A stretch of DNA of 64,000 bases from an uncultured Phycisphaeraceae bacterium (GCA_964574815.1 CAZNPL010000025.1:12054-76053), one strand, 5' to 3'. Numbered from the stretch's first letter, positions 46,521-57,201 are shown. Made by a program: numbers and translations. Notes: generated by a model not told the origin, from the sequence alone.

Positions 46521-48029
46521 ATGAGCGCCGGTCAACAAGAACCCCGGATGGCCCCCCGGCCTTCAAATGTGATGCCGAACGCAAAACCACTCCAACGCAT
46601 CGCGCTCGGCACCGACCACGGCGGCTTCGAGCTCAAGGAGGCCATCAAGTCCCACCTCCAGAAACGGGGCCTCACCATCGAGGATTGCGGCACGCACAGC
46701 ACCCAATCCGTCGACTACCCCACCTTCGCCCACGCCGTCGCACGCCTGGTTTCCCAGGGAACAGCGAACCGCGGCATCGTCGTCGATCGCGCCGGAATCG
46801 GCTCGGCCATGGCCGCCAACAAGCTCCCCGGCGTTCGGGCAGCCCTCTGCTACGACCTCTCCTCGGCACGCAACAGCCGCGAACACAACGACGCCAACGT
46901 CCTCACCCTCGGCGCCGGACTGGTAGGCCCCGATCTGGCCATACAAATCGTCGACCTGTGGCTCGCCACCGAATGCAACGCCGAGCGACACCTGCGAAGG
47001 GCGGCCTTGATCGAACCGACGGCAGAAACAGCTCCGCCCCCCGCGAAGCCGGGCTCTTCGATTGATGCAAAGGGCCAGGAGACAGGAATGGAAGCCCTCG
47101 ACCCCTCGGACGTTGAACGCATCGTTCGCCGAATCGCCGAGCTCGCCGGAGTAACGCAAACCGGCGGCGGAGCGCAGGGCGCCGAAGCCTGCACCAACCT
47201 CGCCTGCGCCTTCTGCCAAACCTGCTTCGAGACCAACCCGGACTTCGTCCGACAGCTCGTCGGAGCAGGCGCCGACCGCGTCGCCCATGTGCCTGGTGGC
47301 GGCACGCTGCCCTCAGAGCTCGCCGCCTACATCGACCACACCCTCCTCAAACCCGACGCCACCAAAGACCAGATCATCGGCCTGTGCGACGAAGCACGCC
47401 AGCACGGCTTCGCAAGCGTCTGCGTCAATCCCACCTACGTTCGACTGTGCGCAGATCGCCTGAAAGGATCGAGGGTGAAAGTGTGCTCCGTCGTGGGCTT
47501 CCCGCTCGGCGCGCACGTGCCCGAAATCAAAGCCCTCGAAACACGCCGTGCCATCCGTGACGGCGCACGCGAAATCGACATGGTCATCAACGTCGGATCC
47601 CTCAAGAGCGGCGACGACCAACTCGTCTACCGCGACATCCGATCGGTCACCGACGCCTGCATCGACGGCGGTGCTATCTGCAAAGTCATCATCGAAGCGG
47701 CGCTGCTGAACGACGACGAAAAGGTCCGAGCCTGCCTCGCCGCAAAACGCGCCCGAGCCGACTTCGTCAAAACCTCCACCGGCTTCGGACCCGGTGGGGC
47801 CACCGCCCACGACGTCGCGCTCATGTCCGACACGGTCCGAGAGGCCCGCATGGGCGTCAAGGCCGCAGGCGGAATCCGCACCTACGAAGACGCAGAGAAG
47901 ATGATCCGCGCCGGCGCCACCCGGCTCGGCGCAAGTGCCGGCGTCCGCATCCTGAAGGAAGCCAAGGGACTCACTGTGTCAACTGAAAGCGCAACCCAAG
48001 AGCGAGCAAAGGCAGGAGCTTATGAGTAA
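46521..48029 (+). CDS. Fusion: ribose-5-phosphate isomerase B, then an encapsulation-peptide-like amphipathic helix, then deoxyribose-phosphate aldolase (BMC core enzyme).
   Basis: RpiB block [14 protein letters not shown]... (probable start MPNAKPL around 46572). Linker [18 protein letters not shown]. DeoC blocks [11 protein letters not shown]...[12 protein letters not shown]...[12 protein letters not shown]...FVKTSTGF. Confidence 0.8.
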   Translation: MSAGQQEPRMAPRPSNVMPNAKPLQRIALGTDHGGFELKEAIKSHLQKRGLTIEDCGTHSTQSVDYPTFAHAVARLVSQGTANRGIVVDRAGIGSAMAANKLPGVRAALCYDLSSARNSREHNDANVLTLGAGLVGPDLAIQIVDLWLATECNAERHLRRAALIEPTAETAPPPAKPGSSIDAKGQETGMEALDPSDVERIVRRIAELAGVTQTGGGAQGAEACTNLACAFCQTCFETNPDFVRQLVGAGADRVAHVPGGGTLPSELAAYIDHTLLKPDATKDQIIGLCDEARQHGFASVCVNPTYVRLCADRLKGSRVKVCSVVGFPLGAHVPEIKALETRRAIRDGAREIDMVINVGSLKSGDDQLVYRDIRSVTDACIDGGAICKVIIEAALLNDDEKVRACLAAKRARADFVKTSTGFGPGGATAHDVALMSDTVREARMGVKAAGGIRTYEDAEKMIRAGATRLGASAGVRILKEAKGLTVSTESATQERAKAGAYE

Positions 48030-48654
48030 CGTCGACTTGCGAGCCTACGTATTCCTCGACAGCCTCCAAGGGCAGTTCGCCTCGTTCCTGGCGACCATCG
48101 CCCAGGGCTTCCTGCCCATCTCAGGCCAGGCCTCCCTCTTCGTGGAGATCTCCCCGGGCATCGAGATCAACCGGATCACCGACATCGCGTTGAAGTCCAC
48201 CCGCGTCACGCCCGGCATGCAGATCGTCGAGCGGCTCTACGGCATGCTCGAGATCCACTCGGATTCCCAGGCCGACATCCGCCAGGCCGGCACCGCCATC
48301 CTCGACGCCCTGGAACTCAGAGAAGAGGATCGCCGCAAACCCACCGTCGCGTCCAGCCAGGTGATCCGCCGCGTCGATGACTACCAGACCCAGCTCATCA
48401 ACCGCATGCGCCACGGTAACATGATACTGCCCGGCCAGACCCTCTACATCATGGAGTGCGAGCCGGCGGCCTACTCGGCACTCGCCGCCAACGAGGCGGA
48501 GAAGGCCGCCGACATCAACATCCTCGAAGTACGTTCGTTCGGCAGCTTCGGCCGGCTCTATCTTGGAGGCGAGGAGCGCGACATCGATGTAGGCTACCGC
48601 GCCGCAGTGCAGGCCATCGAAAGCGTAAGCGGCCGCGTCGCGGAAAAGAGATAA
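48022..48654 (+). CDS. BMC-T shell protein (tandem BMC domains).
   Basis: Two BMC-like halves. The second ([53 protein letters not shown]) aligns with the canonical BMC-H pattern. 8-nt overlap with the upstream gene. Confidence 0.6.
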   Translation: MSNVDLRAYVFLDSLQGQFASFLATIAQGFLPISGQASLFVEISPGIEINRITDIALKSTRVTPGMQIVERLYGMLEIHSDSQADIRQAGTAILDALELREEDRRKPTVASSQVIRRVDDYQTQLINRMRHGNMILPGQTLYIMECEPAAYSALAANEAEKAADINILEVRSFGSFGRLYLGGEERDIDVGYRAAVQAIESVSGRVAEKR

Positions 48655-48703
48655 CCCGTACAGGGCCGCGTAGGACGGTTCCCTGAAAGGAGGAACGGCG
48701 GAC

Positions 48704-49012
48704 ATGGCAGAGGCCTTGGGAATGATTGAAACGCGCGGCTTTGCCGCCATGGTGGAAGCTTCAGACGCCATGGTCAAAGCCGCAAAGGTCGAACTCGTCT
48801 CGTTCGAGAAAATCGGCGGTGGCTACGTCACGGCCATCGTCCGCGGCGACGTGGCCGCAGTCAAAGCCGCGTGCGATGCGGGCCAGACGGCTGCGTCACG
48901 CGTCGGCGAAATCGTCTCCGTGCACGTGATCGCTCGCCCGCACACGAACATCGACATGGTCCTGCCGCTCGGCCGGGCCGAGGAGGCCGCAAGCGAGGCA
49001 AAGCAGCGATAA
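48704..49012 (+). CDS. BMC-H hexamer shell protein (PduA/EutM/CcmK family).
   Basis: [54 protein letters not shown] is the canonical BMC domain. Confidence 0.85.
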   Translation: MAEALGMIETRGFAAMVEASDAMVKAAKVELVSFEKIGGGYVTAIVRGDVAAVKAACDAGQTAASRVGEIVSVHVIARPHTNIDMVLPLGRAEEAASEAKQR

Positions 49013-49304
49013 CCGTGCCCGGCAAGGCATGAGCAATGAGCACCAAGCTCGTGTCTGGCGTAGTCGACTCGTCGCAGGGCTTCGGTCCGGGAACTCGGCC
49101 CGGAGGGACGAGATGAGAATAGCCCACCGATTGATCGGTGGGGCTCAAGGGCTCGATTGACATCGGACTCCCGGAGGGACGACTGACCAAGGCTGTCCCT
49201 TCGCCCTTTGCCAACAGACGCCGCTGAATGCGTACACAATCGCTCATGAACGATAGAGCCACCGTTCGCTGCGAAACTCCGCGGCCGCGCATCGGAGCAA
49301 GCTG

Positions 49305-49616
49305 ATGTTACTTGCGAAAGTAGTCGGCACCGTCGTGTCCTCCCAGAAAGAGCCCAGCCTGAACGGGCTGCGCTTCATGCTGCTCCAGCCGGTCGACACC
49401 GACCGCGAACCAACCGGCACACCGGTCGTCGCGGCCGACGCCGTCGGCGCGGGCACCGGCGAGTACGTGCTCTTCGCCACAGGAAGCTCCGCCCGTCAGA
49501 CACGAATGACCGACCAGCGCCCCTGCGACGCGGTCATCATGGCGATCGTGGACAACTGGGAGGTGGCCGGTGAGATCAAATACCACAAAGGCGAATCCGA
49601 AAGAGCGGCTCGCTAA
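49305..49616 (+). CDS. BMC-P vertex protein (EutN/CcmL/PduN family).
   Basis: [31 protein letters not shown] matches the EutN/CcmL N-terminus. Confidence 0.8.
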   Translation: MLLAKVVGTVVSSQKEPSLNGLRFMLLQPVDTDREPTGTPVVAADAVGAGTGEYVLFATGSSARQTRMTDQRPCDAVIMAIVDNWEVAGEIKYHKGESERAAR

Positions 49617-49664
49617 GCGCATGCGCCCGACCGGGCCGCATCGGATCCAACAAGGACATCGACC

Positions 49665-51125
49665 GTGTCTCGTTTAACCGATCAACAGGTCGACCAGATC
49701 GCCCGCCGCATCCTGCAGCAGGTCGGCTCGGGTGACACCACAACGCACCACGCGACCTCGCCGCCCGCCGGCGCCCCCAAAGCCCAATCCGCGCCTGTGC
49801 AACCGGGCGTCTTCGCGGATCTCGACGCCGCCGTGCACGCGGCCACCGAAGCCTTCCACGCCCTCGAAGCCATGAGCCTCGCCGCCCGCGACAAGATTAT
49901 CGCCGCCATCCGCGAGTCCATGCTCGCCAACGCCGAAACACTCGCCCGAGAAGCACGCGAGGAGACCGGCCTGGGCCGCTGGCAGGACAAGCTCGTCAAG
50001 AACCGCGTCGTCGCCGAGAAGACCCCGGGCACGGAACACCTCGTCCCCGAAGCCAAGACCGGCGACCGGGGGCTGATGCTCATGGAACGCGCCCCGTTCG
50101 GCGTCATCGCCGCCATCACCCCGAGCACCAACCCGACCTCCACGATCATCTGCAACACGATCGGAATGGTCGCCGCCGGAAACGCCGTCGTCTTCAACGT
50201 CCACCCGTCGGCCAAACGCGTCTCGATCCACAACGTAGCCCTCATCAACGAGGCCGTCCGAAGCGCCGGCGGTCCGCCCAACCTCGTCACCACCATCGCC
50301 GAGCCCACCATCGAGTCCGCTCAGGCCCTGATGAGACACGAGGGCATCCGCCTGCTCGTAGTCACCGGCGGCCCCGGAGTCGTGAAGGCCGCCATGCAGA
50401 GCGGCAAACGCGCGATCTGCGCCGGCCCCGGCAACCCTCCCGTCGTGGTCGACGAGACTGCCGACATCGACAAGGCCGCGGAGAACATCATCCTCGGCGG
50501 CTCTTTCGACAACAACGTCATCTGCACCGACGAGAAGGAGGTGTTCGTGGTCGCCTCCGTCGCCGACGACCTCCTCGCCGCACTCAGGCGACACAACGCG
50601 GTCGTGCTCGACGGTCCACAGACCAAGCAGATCGAAAACGCCATCTTTACCAAGCGTCACGGCCCGCGCGCCGCCGGCGTGGTCGACAAGGACCTGATCG
50701 GCAAGAACGTCGGAGTCATCCTGGCCAGAATCGGCGTAAACGTCGGCGAGGACGTGCGACTGGCCGTCGTGGAAGTCAGCTTCAGCCACCCGCTCGTCTG
50801 GACCGAGCAGATGATGCCGGTCATGCCGATCGTCCGGGTCGCAAACGTGGACGAGGCCATCGATGCCGCCGTCCTCGCCGAGGGCGGCCGACGCCACACC
50901 GCCGTCATGCACTCGCGAAACATCGACAAGCTCAGCAAGATGGCCCGGCAGATGAACTGCAGTATTTTCATAAAGAACGGCCCCGCCTACGCCGGCTTGG
51001 GCGCCGGCGGCGAGGGCTATTCCTCGTTCTCGATCGCCAGCCCGACCGGCGAGGGCATGACCGGCCCGCGCAGCTTCTCGCGTCATCGTCGCTGCGTCTT
51101 GGTCGATCACTTCAGGATCATCTAG
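49665..51125 (+). CDS. CoA-acylating aldehyde dehydrogenase (PduP/EutE family) with N-terminal encapsulation peptide.
   Basis: N-terminal amphipathic LTDQQVDQIARRILQQV, then an ALDH fold with catalytic Cys (NNVICTDEKE) and an NAD-binding GxxxxG region. GTG start. Confidence 0.8.
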   Translation: MSRLTDQQVDQIARRILQQVGSGDTTTHHATSPPAGAPKAQSAPVQPGVFADLDAAVHAATEAFHALEAMSLAARDKIIAAIRESMLANAETLAREAREETGLGRWQDKLVKNRVVAEKTPGTEHLVPEAKTGDRGLMLMERAPFGVIAAITPSTNPTSTIICNTIGMVAAGNAVVFNVHPSAKRVSIHNVALINEAVRSAGGPPNLVTTIAEPTIESAQALMRHEGIRLLVVTGGPGVVKAAMQSGKRAICAGPGNPPVVVDETADIDKAAENIILGGSFDNNVICTDEKEVFVVASVADDLLAALRRHNAVVLDGPQTKQIENAIFTKRHGPRAAGVVDKDLIGKNVGVILARIGVNVGEDVRLAVVEVSFSHPLVWTEQMMPVMPIVRVANVDEAIDAAVLAEGGRRHTAVMHSRNIDKLSKMARQMNCSIFIKNGPAYAGLGAGGEGYSSFSIASPTGEGMTGPRSFSRHRRCVLVDHFRII

Positions 51126-51139
51126 AGGCTCGAGCTCAA

Positions 51140-51715
51140 ATGGATACGCCGCCCGCCATCGCCCTCTTCGAGTTCGACAGCATCGTGGTCGGCACGCACG
51201 CGGCCGACGCCATGGTCAAGAAAGCCCCGATCACGATCTTCCGAATCGGAACAGTCCAGCCCGGCCGCTACCTGGTCCTGATCGGTGGCTCGGTCGCTGC
51301 CGTGGAAGAGTCCCGCAGAGAGGGCCTGCGGACCGGAGGCGAGGCGATCACCGATGAGATTTTTCTCCCCGACGTTCACCCCCAGGTGTACGCCGCCGTC
51401 AGCGGCCACCGCCACCCGAACGAAGGCGACGCCCTCGGGATCATCGAATCGTCCGTCATGCCCATCGTTGTGGCCGCCGCCGACAAAGCGGTCAAGGCCG
51501 CCATGGTCACCATCGTCGAGATTCGCCTGGGCGACGGCCTCGGCGGAAAGGGCATCGTCCACGTCAGCGGCGCCGTTCGCGACGTCCAGGCCGCAATCTC
51601 CGCCGGCGTGGCCGTCGGCACAAAACCCGGCGTCACCACACGCTACATCATCATTCCGATCCAGCACGACGAACTCCGCGAAAGAATCAAAGCCACCACG
51701 GAGTTCCAAGCATGA
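51140..51715 (+). CDS. BMC-T shell protein (tandem BMC domains), second copy.
   Basis: Two BMC domains (IALFEFDSIVVGTHAADAMVKKAPI... and ALGIIESSVMPIVVAAADKAVKAAMVTIVEI...). Confidence 0.65.
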   Translation: MDTPPAIALFEFDSIVVGTHAADAMVKKAPITIFRIGTVQPGRYLVLIGGSVAAVEESRREGLRTGGEAITDEIFLPDVHPQVYAAVSGHRHPNEGDALGIIESSVMPIVVAAADKAVKAAMVTIVEIRLGDGLGGKGIVHVSGAVRDVQAAISAGVAVGTKPGVTTRYIIIPIQHDELRERIKATTEFQA

Positions 51716-51911
51716 TCACCCCGCCATGTAACCATCGACACGCTCGCATGCTCCAGCCCGAAGGGCCGGCAGACCGTAGACGTGGGCAAGTCCGCCTTAG
51801 GCGGACGCCGCCCACGGACATGCTCAGAGAGCGCAATGCCACCCCGGCCCGCGCTCCAAACTGGATGTTCGTGATGCCCACGCTAAACGACTACTCCGGG
51901 GGATCAGTGCC

Positions 51912-52196
51912 ATGCTCCTAGGCCGCGTCATCGGAACCGTCGTCGCCTCCGTCGTTTACGAGGGGCTCGAGGGCGTCCGCTTGCTCATCCTACAGCCACT
52001 CGACCGTACGGGCACACCCAAGGGAAAGCCGCTCGTCGCCGCGGACGCCGTACGCATGGCCGGTCCCGGAGAGCTCGTCACCTACGAAGGCGGCCGCGAG
52101 GCCGCCCTGGCCCTCGACCCGTGGTTCGTCCCGGTCGACCACACCATCGTCGGCATCGTAGACGCCGTCAGCCGCCCCGACTGGAGAGAGGCATGA
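51912..52196 (+). CDS. BMC-P vertex protein (EutN/CcmL family), second copy.
   Basis: MLLGRVIGTVVASVVYEGLEGVRLLILQP is an EutN-like N-terminus. Confidence 0.8.
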   Translation: MLLGRVIGTVVASVVYEGLEGVRLLILQPLDRTGTPKGKPLVAADAVRMAGPGELVTYEGGREAALALDPWFVPVDHTIVGIVDAVSRPDWREA

Positions 52197-52465
52197 TCCT
52201 CGGCCGCGTCAAAGGAGAGGTCGTCGCCACCATCAAACACCCCGCATACGCCAACTGGCGCATGCTCCAGCTCGACCGCATCGACCCGGAAGGCAATGAA
52301 ACGGGTGCCTACCTCGTCGCCATCGCCGCGGTGGACGCCGGCGTAGGCCAGACCGTCCTCGTCATCGACGAAGGCAACTCCGCTCGCCAGGTAGTAGGCG
52401 ATCCCCAGGCCCCCATCCGCTCCGTCATCGTCGGCATCATCGACGAGATCACGCACAGCCCGTAA
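52193..52465 (+). CDS. BMC-P vertex protein (EutN/CcmL family), third copy.
   Basis: MILGRVKGEVVATIKHPAYANWRMLQLDRID. ATGA-coupled to the preceding BMC-P. Inside track ORF 52121..52465. Confidence 0.75.
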   Translation: MILGRVKGEVVATIKHPAYANWRMLQLDRIDPEGNETGAYLVAIAAVDAGVGQTVLVIDEGNSARQVVGDPQAPIRSVIVGIIDEITHSP

Positions 52466-52708
52466 GAGGCGTCAGGAATCTTTCATCCGCAAGGCACCTG
52501 AAAACGGGCGCCAATCGACAAATGACTTGCCACTGGACCCTTTCCGTGGTAATGAGCCCACCATCGAAGGATAGGTGCGATCGCCCGGGCCGGTGACTCG
52601 CTGGTATTAGACAGTTCGAATCGTCTGGCCGCAGGTCGACATTCCAAGAAAAGTCAGTGTCCGAGCCCCGGACACACGGGAAAGGATCGTTTCGGAAAGG
52701 GACAAACC

Positions 52709-53371
52709 ATGAAAACCACACGGATCGTTTATGCGCTTGCGTTTACAGCGGCCGCCGCCTTCGCCGCCGGGCCCGCCTGGGCCAAAGACAAAAAACCGGC
52801 GCAACAGGAACACAAGCACGAGCACGGAGAGCACCACGGCCACGACCACGGCGAACCCGACATGGACGCCGCCATGGAAGCGTGGGCGAAAGCGAACGCC
52901 CCGGGACCGCACCACAAACTCCTGCAACCGTTTGTCGGAAAATGGAAGACAGCCACCAAGATGCGGATGGCCCCCCAGGCCCCATGGCAGGAATCAACCG
53001 GCACGAGCGAAGTCACTTGGATCTTCGACGGCCGCTTCATCAAGGAAGTATTCCGCGGCGAGGCGATGGGCATGCCCTTCAAGGGGGTGGGCTACTACGG
53101 ATACGACAACCTCCGCGAGGAGCACATCGGCATCTGGATGGACAGCATGTCCACCACCATCTCACGGACGACCGGAACCTACGACGCCGACAAGAAGGTG
53201 TTCACGCTGCACGGCAAAATGGACGACCCCATGAGCGGAGCCCGTGACATCCCGTTCAAGATCGTTCACCACGTGCACGACAATGACAAACACGTCATGG
53301 AGTTCTGGAACCCACCCCCCGGCGGCGGCGATATGTTCAAATCGATGGAAATCGAGTACGTGCGACAGTAG
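52709..53371 (+). CDS. Secreted DUF1579-like protein with a His-rich N-terminal stretch.
   Basis: Signal peptide; HKHEHGEHHGHDHGE stretch; C-terminal region resembling DUF1579, a family common in Planctomycetes. Confidence 0.5.
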   Translation: MKTTRIVYALAFTAAAAFAAGPAWAKDKKPAQQEHKHEHGEHHGHDHGEPDMDAAMEAWAKANAPGPHHKLLQPFVGKWKTATKMRMAPQAPWQESTGTSEVTWIFDGRFIKEVFRGEAMGMPFKGVGYYGYDNLREEHIGIWMDSMSTTISRTTGTYDADKKVFTLHGKMDDPMSGARDIPFKIVHHVHDNDKHVMEFWNPPPGGGDMFKSMEIEYVRQ

Positions 53372-53626
53372 TCCGCACCGCCCGCTCATCGAAAACAAAT
53401 GCCCGCTGCGGAGCCGAGCACCACGTGCAATCCGCAGCGGGCTTCCTGCTTTCTACTGAGAACGAAGATCCTCCCCGATCCCGTCGACGAAAAACTCGAC
53501 CACGCCGCATCGCGGGCAGACGTAAACATCGAATCGCCCGTGCAAAGGCCCATCCGATCAACCTGCTATTCGGGGTTCCGTTTCGCTCAACCTCCTGCTA
53601 CATTCTTTCCGCCCGGAGCAAAACCA

Positions 53627-54373
53627 ATGCCCGACAAGCGAAAACACCGCGGCGCCCACCCCGAAGACGCCCGGCTGTTCAACGACGCCCAACTCCCCGC
53701 ACTACGCCGCGCCGTCCACGAATACTCTTGGCTCCTCACCCGAGGCTACGCCGACGAGTCCGCCCTCAAACTCGTCGGAGATCGCCACGATCTCACCGCC
53801 CGCCAACGCCTCGCCGTCTGGCGATCCGCATGCTCCGACCAGGCCCTCCAATCCCGAACCAAGACCCTCACTCCCCTCTCCGCCTGCGCGTCCAAACGCC
53901 TCGCCGCCGACGGCTACAATCTGCTCATCACCATCGAAAGCGCCCTCTCCGGCGCAATTCTTCTCGTAGGCCGCGACGGCGCCTTCCGCGACCTCGCCAG
54001 CATCCACGGAACCTATCGCAAAGTCGAGGAAACTCGGCCCGCAATCGAACTGATCATCGATTACCTGCACGACACCCGAGCCGCCTCACTGGATTGGTAC
54101 CTCGACCGGCCTGTCTCCAATAGCGGGCGACTCAAGACCCTGATCGCCGAAATCCTCGAAGACCGCGCGGTGAAGTGGAACATCGAGCTCCCGGACAACC
54201 CGGACACCGTCCTCGCCGAGTGGCCCGGACCCGTGATCACGTCCGATTCCTGGGTGCTGGACCGCTGCAATCGATGGGTCAATCTGGCCGGCGAGCTGAT
54301 CCGATCGCGCCTGCCCCAAGCATGGCTTGTGGACCTGCGAACCGTGGGCGAGAAACACACCAACACGCTGTAG
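53627..54373 (+). CDS. Conserved hypothetical protein (DUF434-like N-terminus).
   Basis: GGAG RBS. MPDKRKHRGAHPED... start. No confident domain call. Confidence 0.35.
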   Translation: MPDKRKHRGAHPEDARLFNDAQLPALRRAVHEYSWLLTRGYADESALKLVGDRHDLTARQRLAVWRSACSDQALQSRTKTLTPLSACASKRLAADGYNLLITIESALSGAILLVGRDGAFRDLASIHGTYRKVEETRPAIELIIDYLHDTRAASLDWYLDRPVSNSGRLKTLIAEILEDRAVKWNIELPDNPDTVLAEWPGPVITSDSWVLDRCNRWVNLAGELIRSRLPQAWLVDLRTVGEKHTNTL

Positions 54374-54569
54374 TGGCGCGGTATAACGTTCTCTCTTCCG
54401 CCCCACAAGCTCGGCAAGCCCGGCCTGGGCACGTGCGCCGAGAAGGCTGCCATGGGCAAGCGAAGTCGCCTCCGGCGGGGGAGCTTGCCCGTGCGATTCT
54501 CCACTCCGGCGACGGTAGCGCACCACACTCGCCGCACTGGACACACGGCAGATCCGGCAACGGCCCCAT

Positions 54570-55055
54570 TCAGTCTCGCCCGATCCGCTCGATTCTGCGA
54601 GCCAGCTCCTCCCGGCCCAGCCCGTCGAAATCGAGCTCCGTCAGCCGCCGGATCTTACCCCCCAGCCGCTCGGCCGTCTCGACGGCTAACGCCACCCGCT
54701 CCTCATCCGTCCCCGGATGCGCCACCGGGTCCTCGATCGGCCAGTTCACACGGATCGGGGCCCCTGACCAATCCGGGCACGTCCCGGCCGCCACCGACGC
54801 ACACAGCGTGATCACCAGATCAAGCGGCTCATCCCGGTACACATCCCAACTTTTGGAACGCTGCCCCGCCATCGGCACTCCGAGACGCTCCATCGCCGCC
54901 TCAGCCAGCGGATGGATGTAACCGAGCGCGAACGCCCCGGCACTGTGAGCCTCAAACCGCTCGGACGCAACGTGCCGCAGAAGCGCCTCGGCCATCTGTG
55001 ATCGACAGGCATTTGCCGTGCAGATGAACAGCGTCTTGATTTGCCCGCTCATGCT
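54570..55055 (-). CDS. arsC: Arsenate reductase (thioredoxin-coupled, LMW-PTP family) or low-molecular-weight phosphotyrosine phosphatase.
   Basis: P-loop CX5R LFICTANACRSQMAEA near the N-terminus (start MSGQIKTLF). About 161 aa. The track ORF extends to 55151. Confidence 0.65.
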   Translation of the reverse strand, partial: SMSGQIKTLFICTANACRSQMAEALLRHVASERFEAHSAGAFALGYIHPLAEAAMERLGVPMAGQRSKSWDVYRDEPLDLVITLCASVAAGTCPDWSGAPIRVNWPIEDPVAHPGTDEERVALAVETAERLGGKIRRLTELDFDGLGREELARRIERIGRD

Positions 55056-55113
55056 CATTAGCTTACCGGTTTCGCGTTTTCGGGCCAATCCCGGCGCGGA
55101 AGGACGCACCCAA

Positions 55114-55608
55114 ATGGCTGAGCGCATACGAGTCGGGATCGGATACGACATCCATCGATTGGTCAGCGACCGCCCCCTGATCCTGGGCGGCGTGGAAATC
55201 GACTACGAGCGCGGCCTGCTCGGCCACAGCGACGGTGACTCCGTGCTGCATGCGGTCATCGACGCCCTCCTGGGGGCCGCCGGACTGGGCGACATCGGGG
55301 AGCTCTACCCCGATACCGACCCAGTCTTCAAAGGCGTCGACAGCGGCGACCTCCTCACGGACGTGATCAAACGAGTCGAAACCGCGGGATGGACGCCCGG
55401 AAACCTCGACCTCATCATCCACGCCGAGCGCCCCAACCTCTCCGGCCACAAGCAGGCCATCGCTGAGTCGGTGGCCAGGCTCGTCAAGCTGTCTCTCGAA
55501 CGGGTCAACGTCAAGGCCAAGACCAACGAAGGGCTGGGGCCGGTCGGCAATCGCGACGGCATCGCCTGCACGGCGATCGTCTCACTCTACCCCGCACCGG
55601 CGACCTGA
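55114..55608 (+). CDS. ispF: 2-C-methyl-D-erythritol 2,4-cyclodiphosphate synthase.
   Basis: IGIGYDIHRL...GHSDGDSVLHAVIDALLGA is the IspF signature. 164 aa. Confidence 0.85.
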   Translation: MAERIRVGIGYDIHRLVSDRPLILGGVEIDYERGLLGHSDGDSVLHAVIDALLGAAGLGDIGELYPDTDPVFKGVDSGDLLTDVIKRVETAGWTPGNLDLIIHAERPNLSGHKQAIAESVARLVKLSLERVNVKAKTNEGLGPVGNRDGIACTAIVSLYPAPAT

Positions 55609-55698
55609 TCTCCGCCGCGCTCCCCTTATAGACCAGAGTCGCTATAATCGGCGGCCGGTCAATTTGGTATCGCTTCAAGATTGCAGGAAACAGGCGAG

Positions 55699-57201
55699 AT
55701 GGGCATTCGCGTTTACAACACGTTGACTCACAAGAAGGAGCCGTTGGAACCGATTAACCCGGGCAAGGTAGGCATCTACCTCTGCGGTCCCACCGTCTAC
55801 AAGCCCGCACACATCGGACACGCCGTCGGCCCCATCATCTTCGATATCATCAAGCGATACCTCCAGGATCGAGGCTACGAGGTCAACCTAGTCGTCAACA
55901 TCACCGACGTCGACGACAAGCTTATCGAGGAGGCCGCCGAGCAGAACACAACGGTCCCCGATCTCGCCGAACGCATGACCGCCAGCTACCTCGATTCAAT
56001 GAACCGCCTCGGCATCGACACGATCGATCACATGCCCAAGGCCTCCGAGCATATCGGAGACATCTGCGGCATCATCGAACGGCTCATCGAACGAAACGCT
56101 GCCTACGTGGCCGACGGCGACGTCTACTTCGACATCACCGCCGACAAAGACTACGGCAAACTCTCCAACCGGCAGCAGGACGATCAACAGGCACAGGGCG
56201 ACCTCGAAGGCGGCAAAAAACGAAACCCCGGCGACTTCGCCCTCTGGAAAGCCGCCAAGCCGCACGAACCCGAGGCCGTCCGCTACGACTCGCCCTGGGG
56301 CAAGGGCCGGCCCGGCTGGCACATCGAGTGCTCCGCCATGAGCATGCGATACCTCGGCGAAACATTCGACATCCACGGCGGAGGCATGGACCTCATCTTC
56401 CCCCACCACGAAAACGAAATCGCCCAGGCCGAAACCGCCACCGAACAACCCTTCGTCAAGTACTGGCTCCACAACGGCCTCACACGCTTCAACACCAAGA
56501 AGGTCAGCAAGTCCGACCGGCAGATGGCCGAGGCCCTCAAGAAGATGACGCTCACCACTCTGCTTGACACCTACGGCGGCGAGCTGCTGCGCTACTTCGT
56601 GGCCAGCACCCACTACCGCCGCCCCATCGAGTTCACCGACGAAGAGCTGGAAGGAAAGCGCCGCGGACTCAACAGCTTCCACCGCCTCTTCGAACGCATC
56701 CAACGGATCGCCGGTAAAAGCGTCTACGACGATCAATCGACCGCGCTGGCCGCATGGGAATCGGCCGACAAGAGAGATTTCAAAGAGTTCGCCGCCGATG
56801 CCGACCAGTTCATCAAGCGTTTCTACGACGCGATGGACGACGACTTCAATACGGCCGCGGCGCTGGCCAGCATGTTCGAGTGTGCCAACCGCATCAACCG
56901 GTTCATCGAGGAGAACGAACTGGAGAAATCGCCCGGCGATTCGCCCGCGAAGCAGGTCGCCTACGCCTCCACACAGGGCCTGATGGCTTTGGGACGCCTC
57001 CTCGGCCTGTTCACCAGCGCACCGGAGAAAACCGGCGTCGGTGACGAACTGGTCGACTCGCTCATGGACATTCTGATCGCCGCCCGCGCCGAGGCCCGAA
57101 AGGCAAAGCAGTTCGCCATCGCCGACATGATTCGCGACCGCCTCGGCGAGGCCGGCGTAACACTGGAGGACCGCCCCGACGGAACCATCTGGCGCCGATA
57201 G
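55699..57201 (+). CDS. cysS: Cysteinyl-tRNA synthetase.
   Basis: [16 protein letters not shown] (HIGH motif); class I CysRS blocks; KVSKSD (KMSKS-like). Confidence 0.85.
   Translation: MGIRVYNTLTHKKEPLEPINPGKVGIYLCGPTVYKPAHIGHAVGPIIFDIIKRYLQDRGYEVNLVVNITDVDDKLIEEAAEQNTTVPDLAERMTASYLDSMNRLGIDTIDHMPKASEHIGDICGIIERLIERNAAYVADGDVYFDITADKDYGKLSNRQQDDQQAQGDLEGGKKRNPGDFALWKAAKPHEPEAVRYDSPWGKGRPGWHIECSAMSMRYLGETFDIHGGGMDLIFPHHENEIAQAETATEQPFVKYWLHNGLTRFNTKKVSKSDRQMAEALKKMTLTTLLDTYGGELLRYFVASTHYRRPIEFTDEELEGKRRGLNSFHRLFERIQRIAGKSVYDDQSTALAAWESADKRDFKEFAADADQFIKRFYDAMDDDFNTAAALASMFECANRINRFIEENELEKSPGDSPAKQVAYASTQGLMALGRLLGLFTSAPEKTGVGDELVDSLMDILIAARAEARKAKQFAIADMIRDRLGEAGVTLEDRPDGTIWRR

Noticed and set aside
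49674-51110. 478-aa minus-strand ORF opposite the aldehyde dehydrogenase.
   Set aside because: Antisense artefact (GD/GA-rich); the plus-strand ALDH with encapsulation peptide is convincing.
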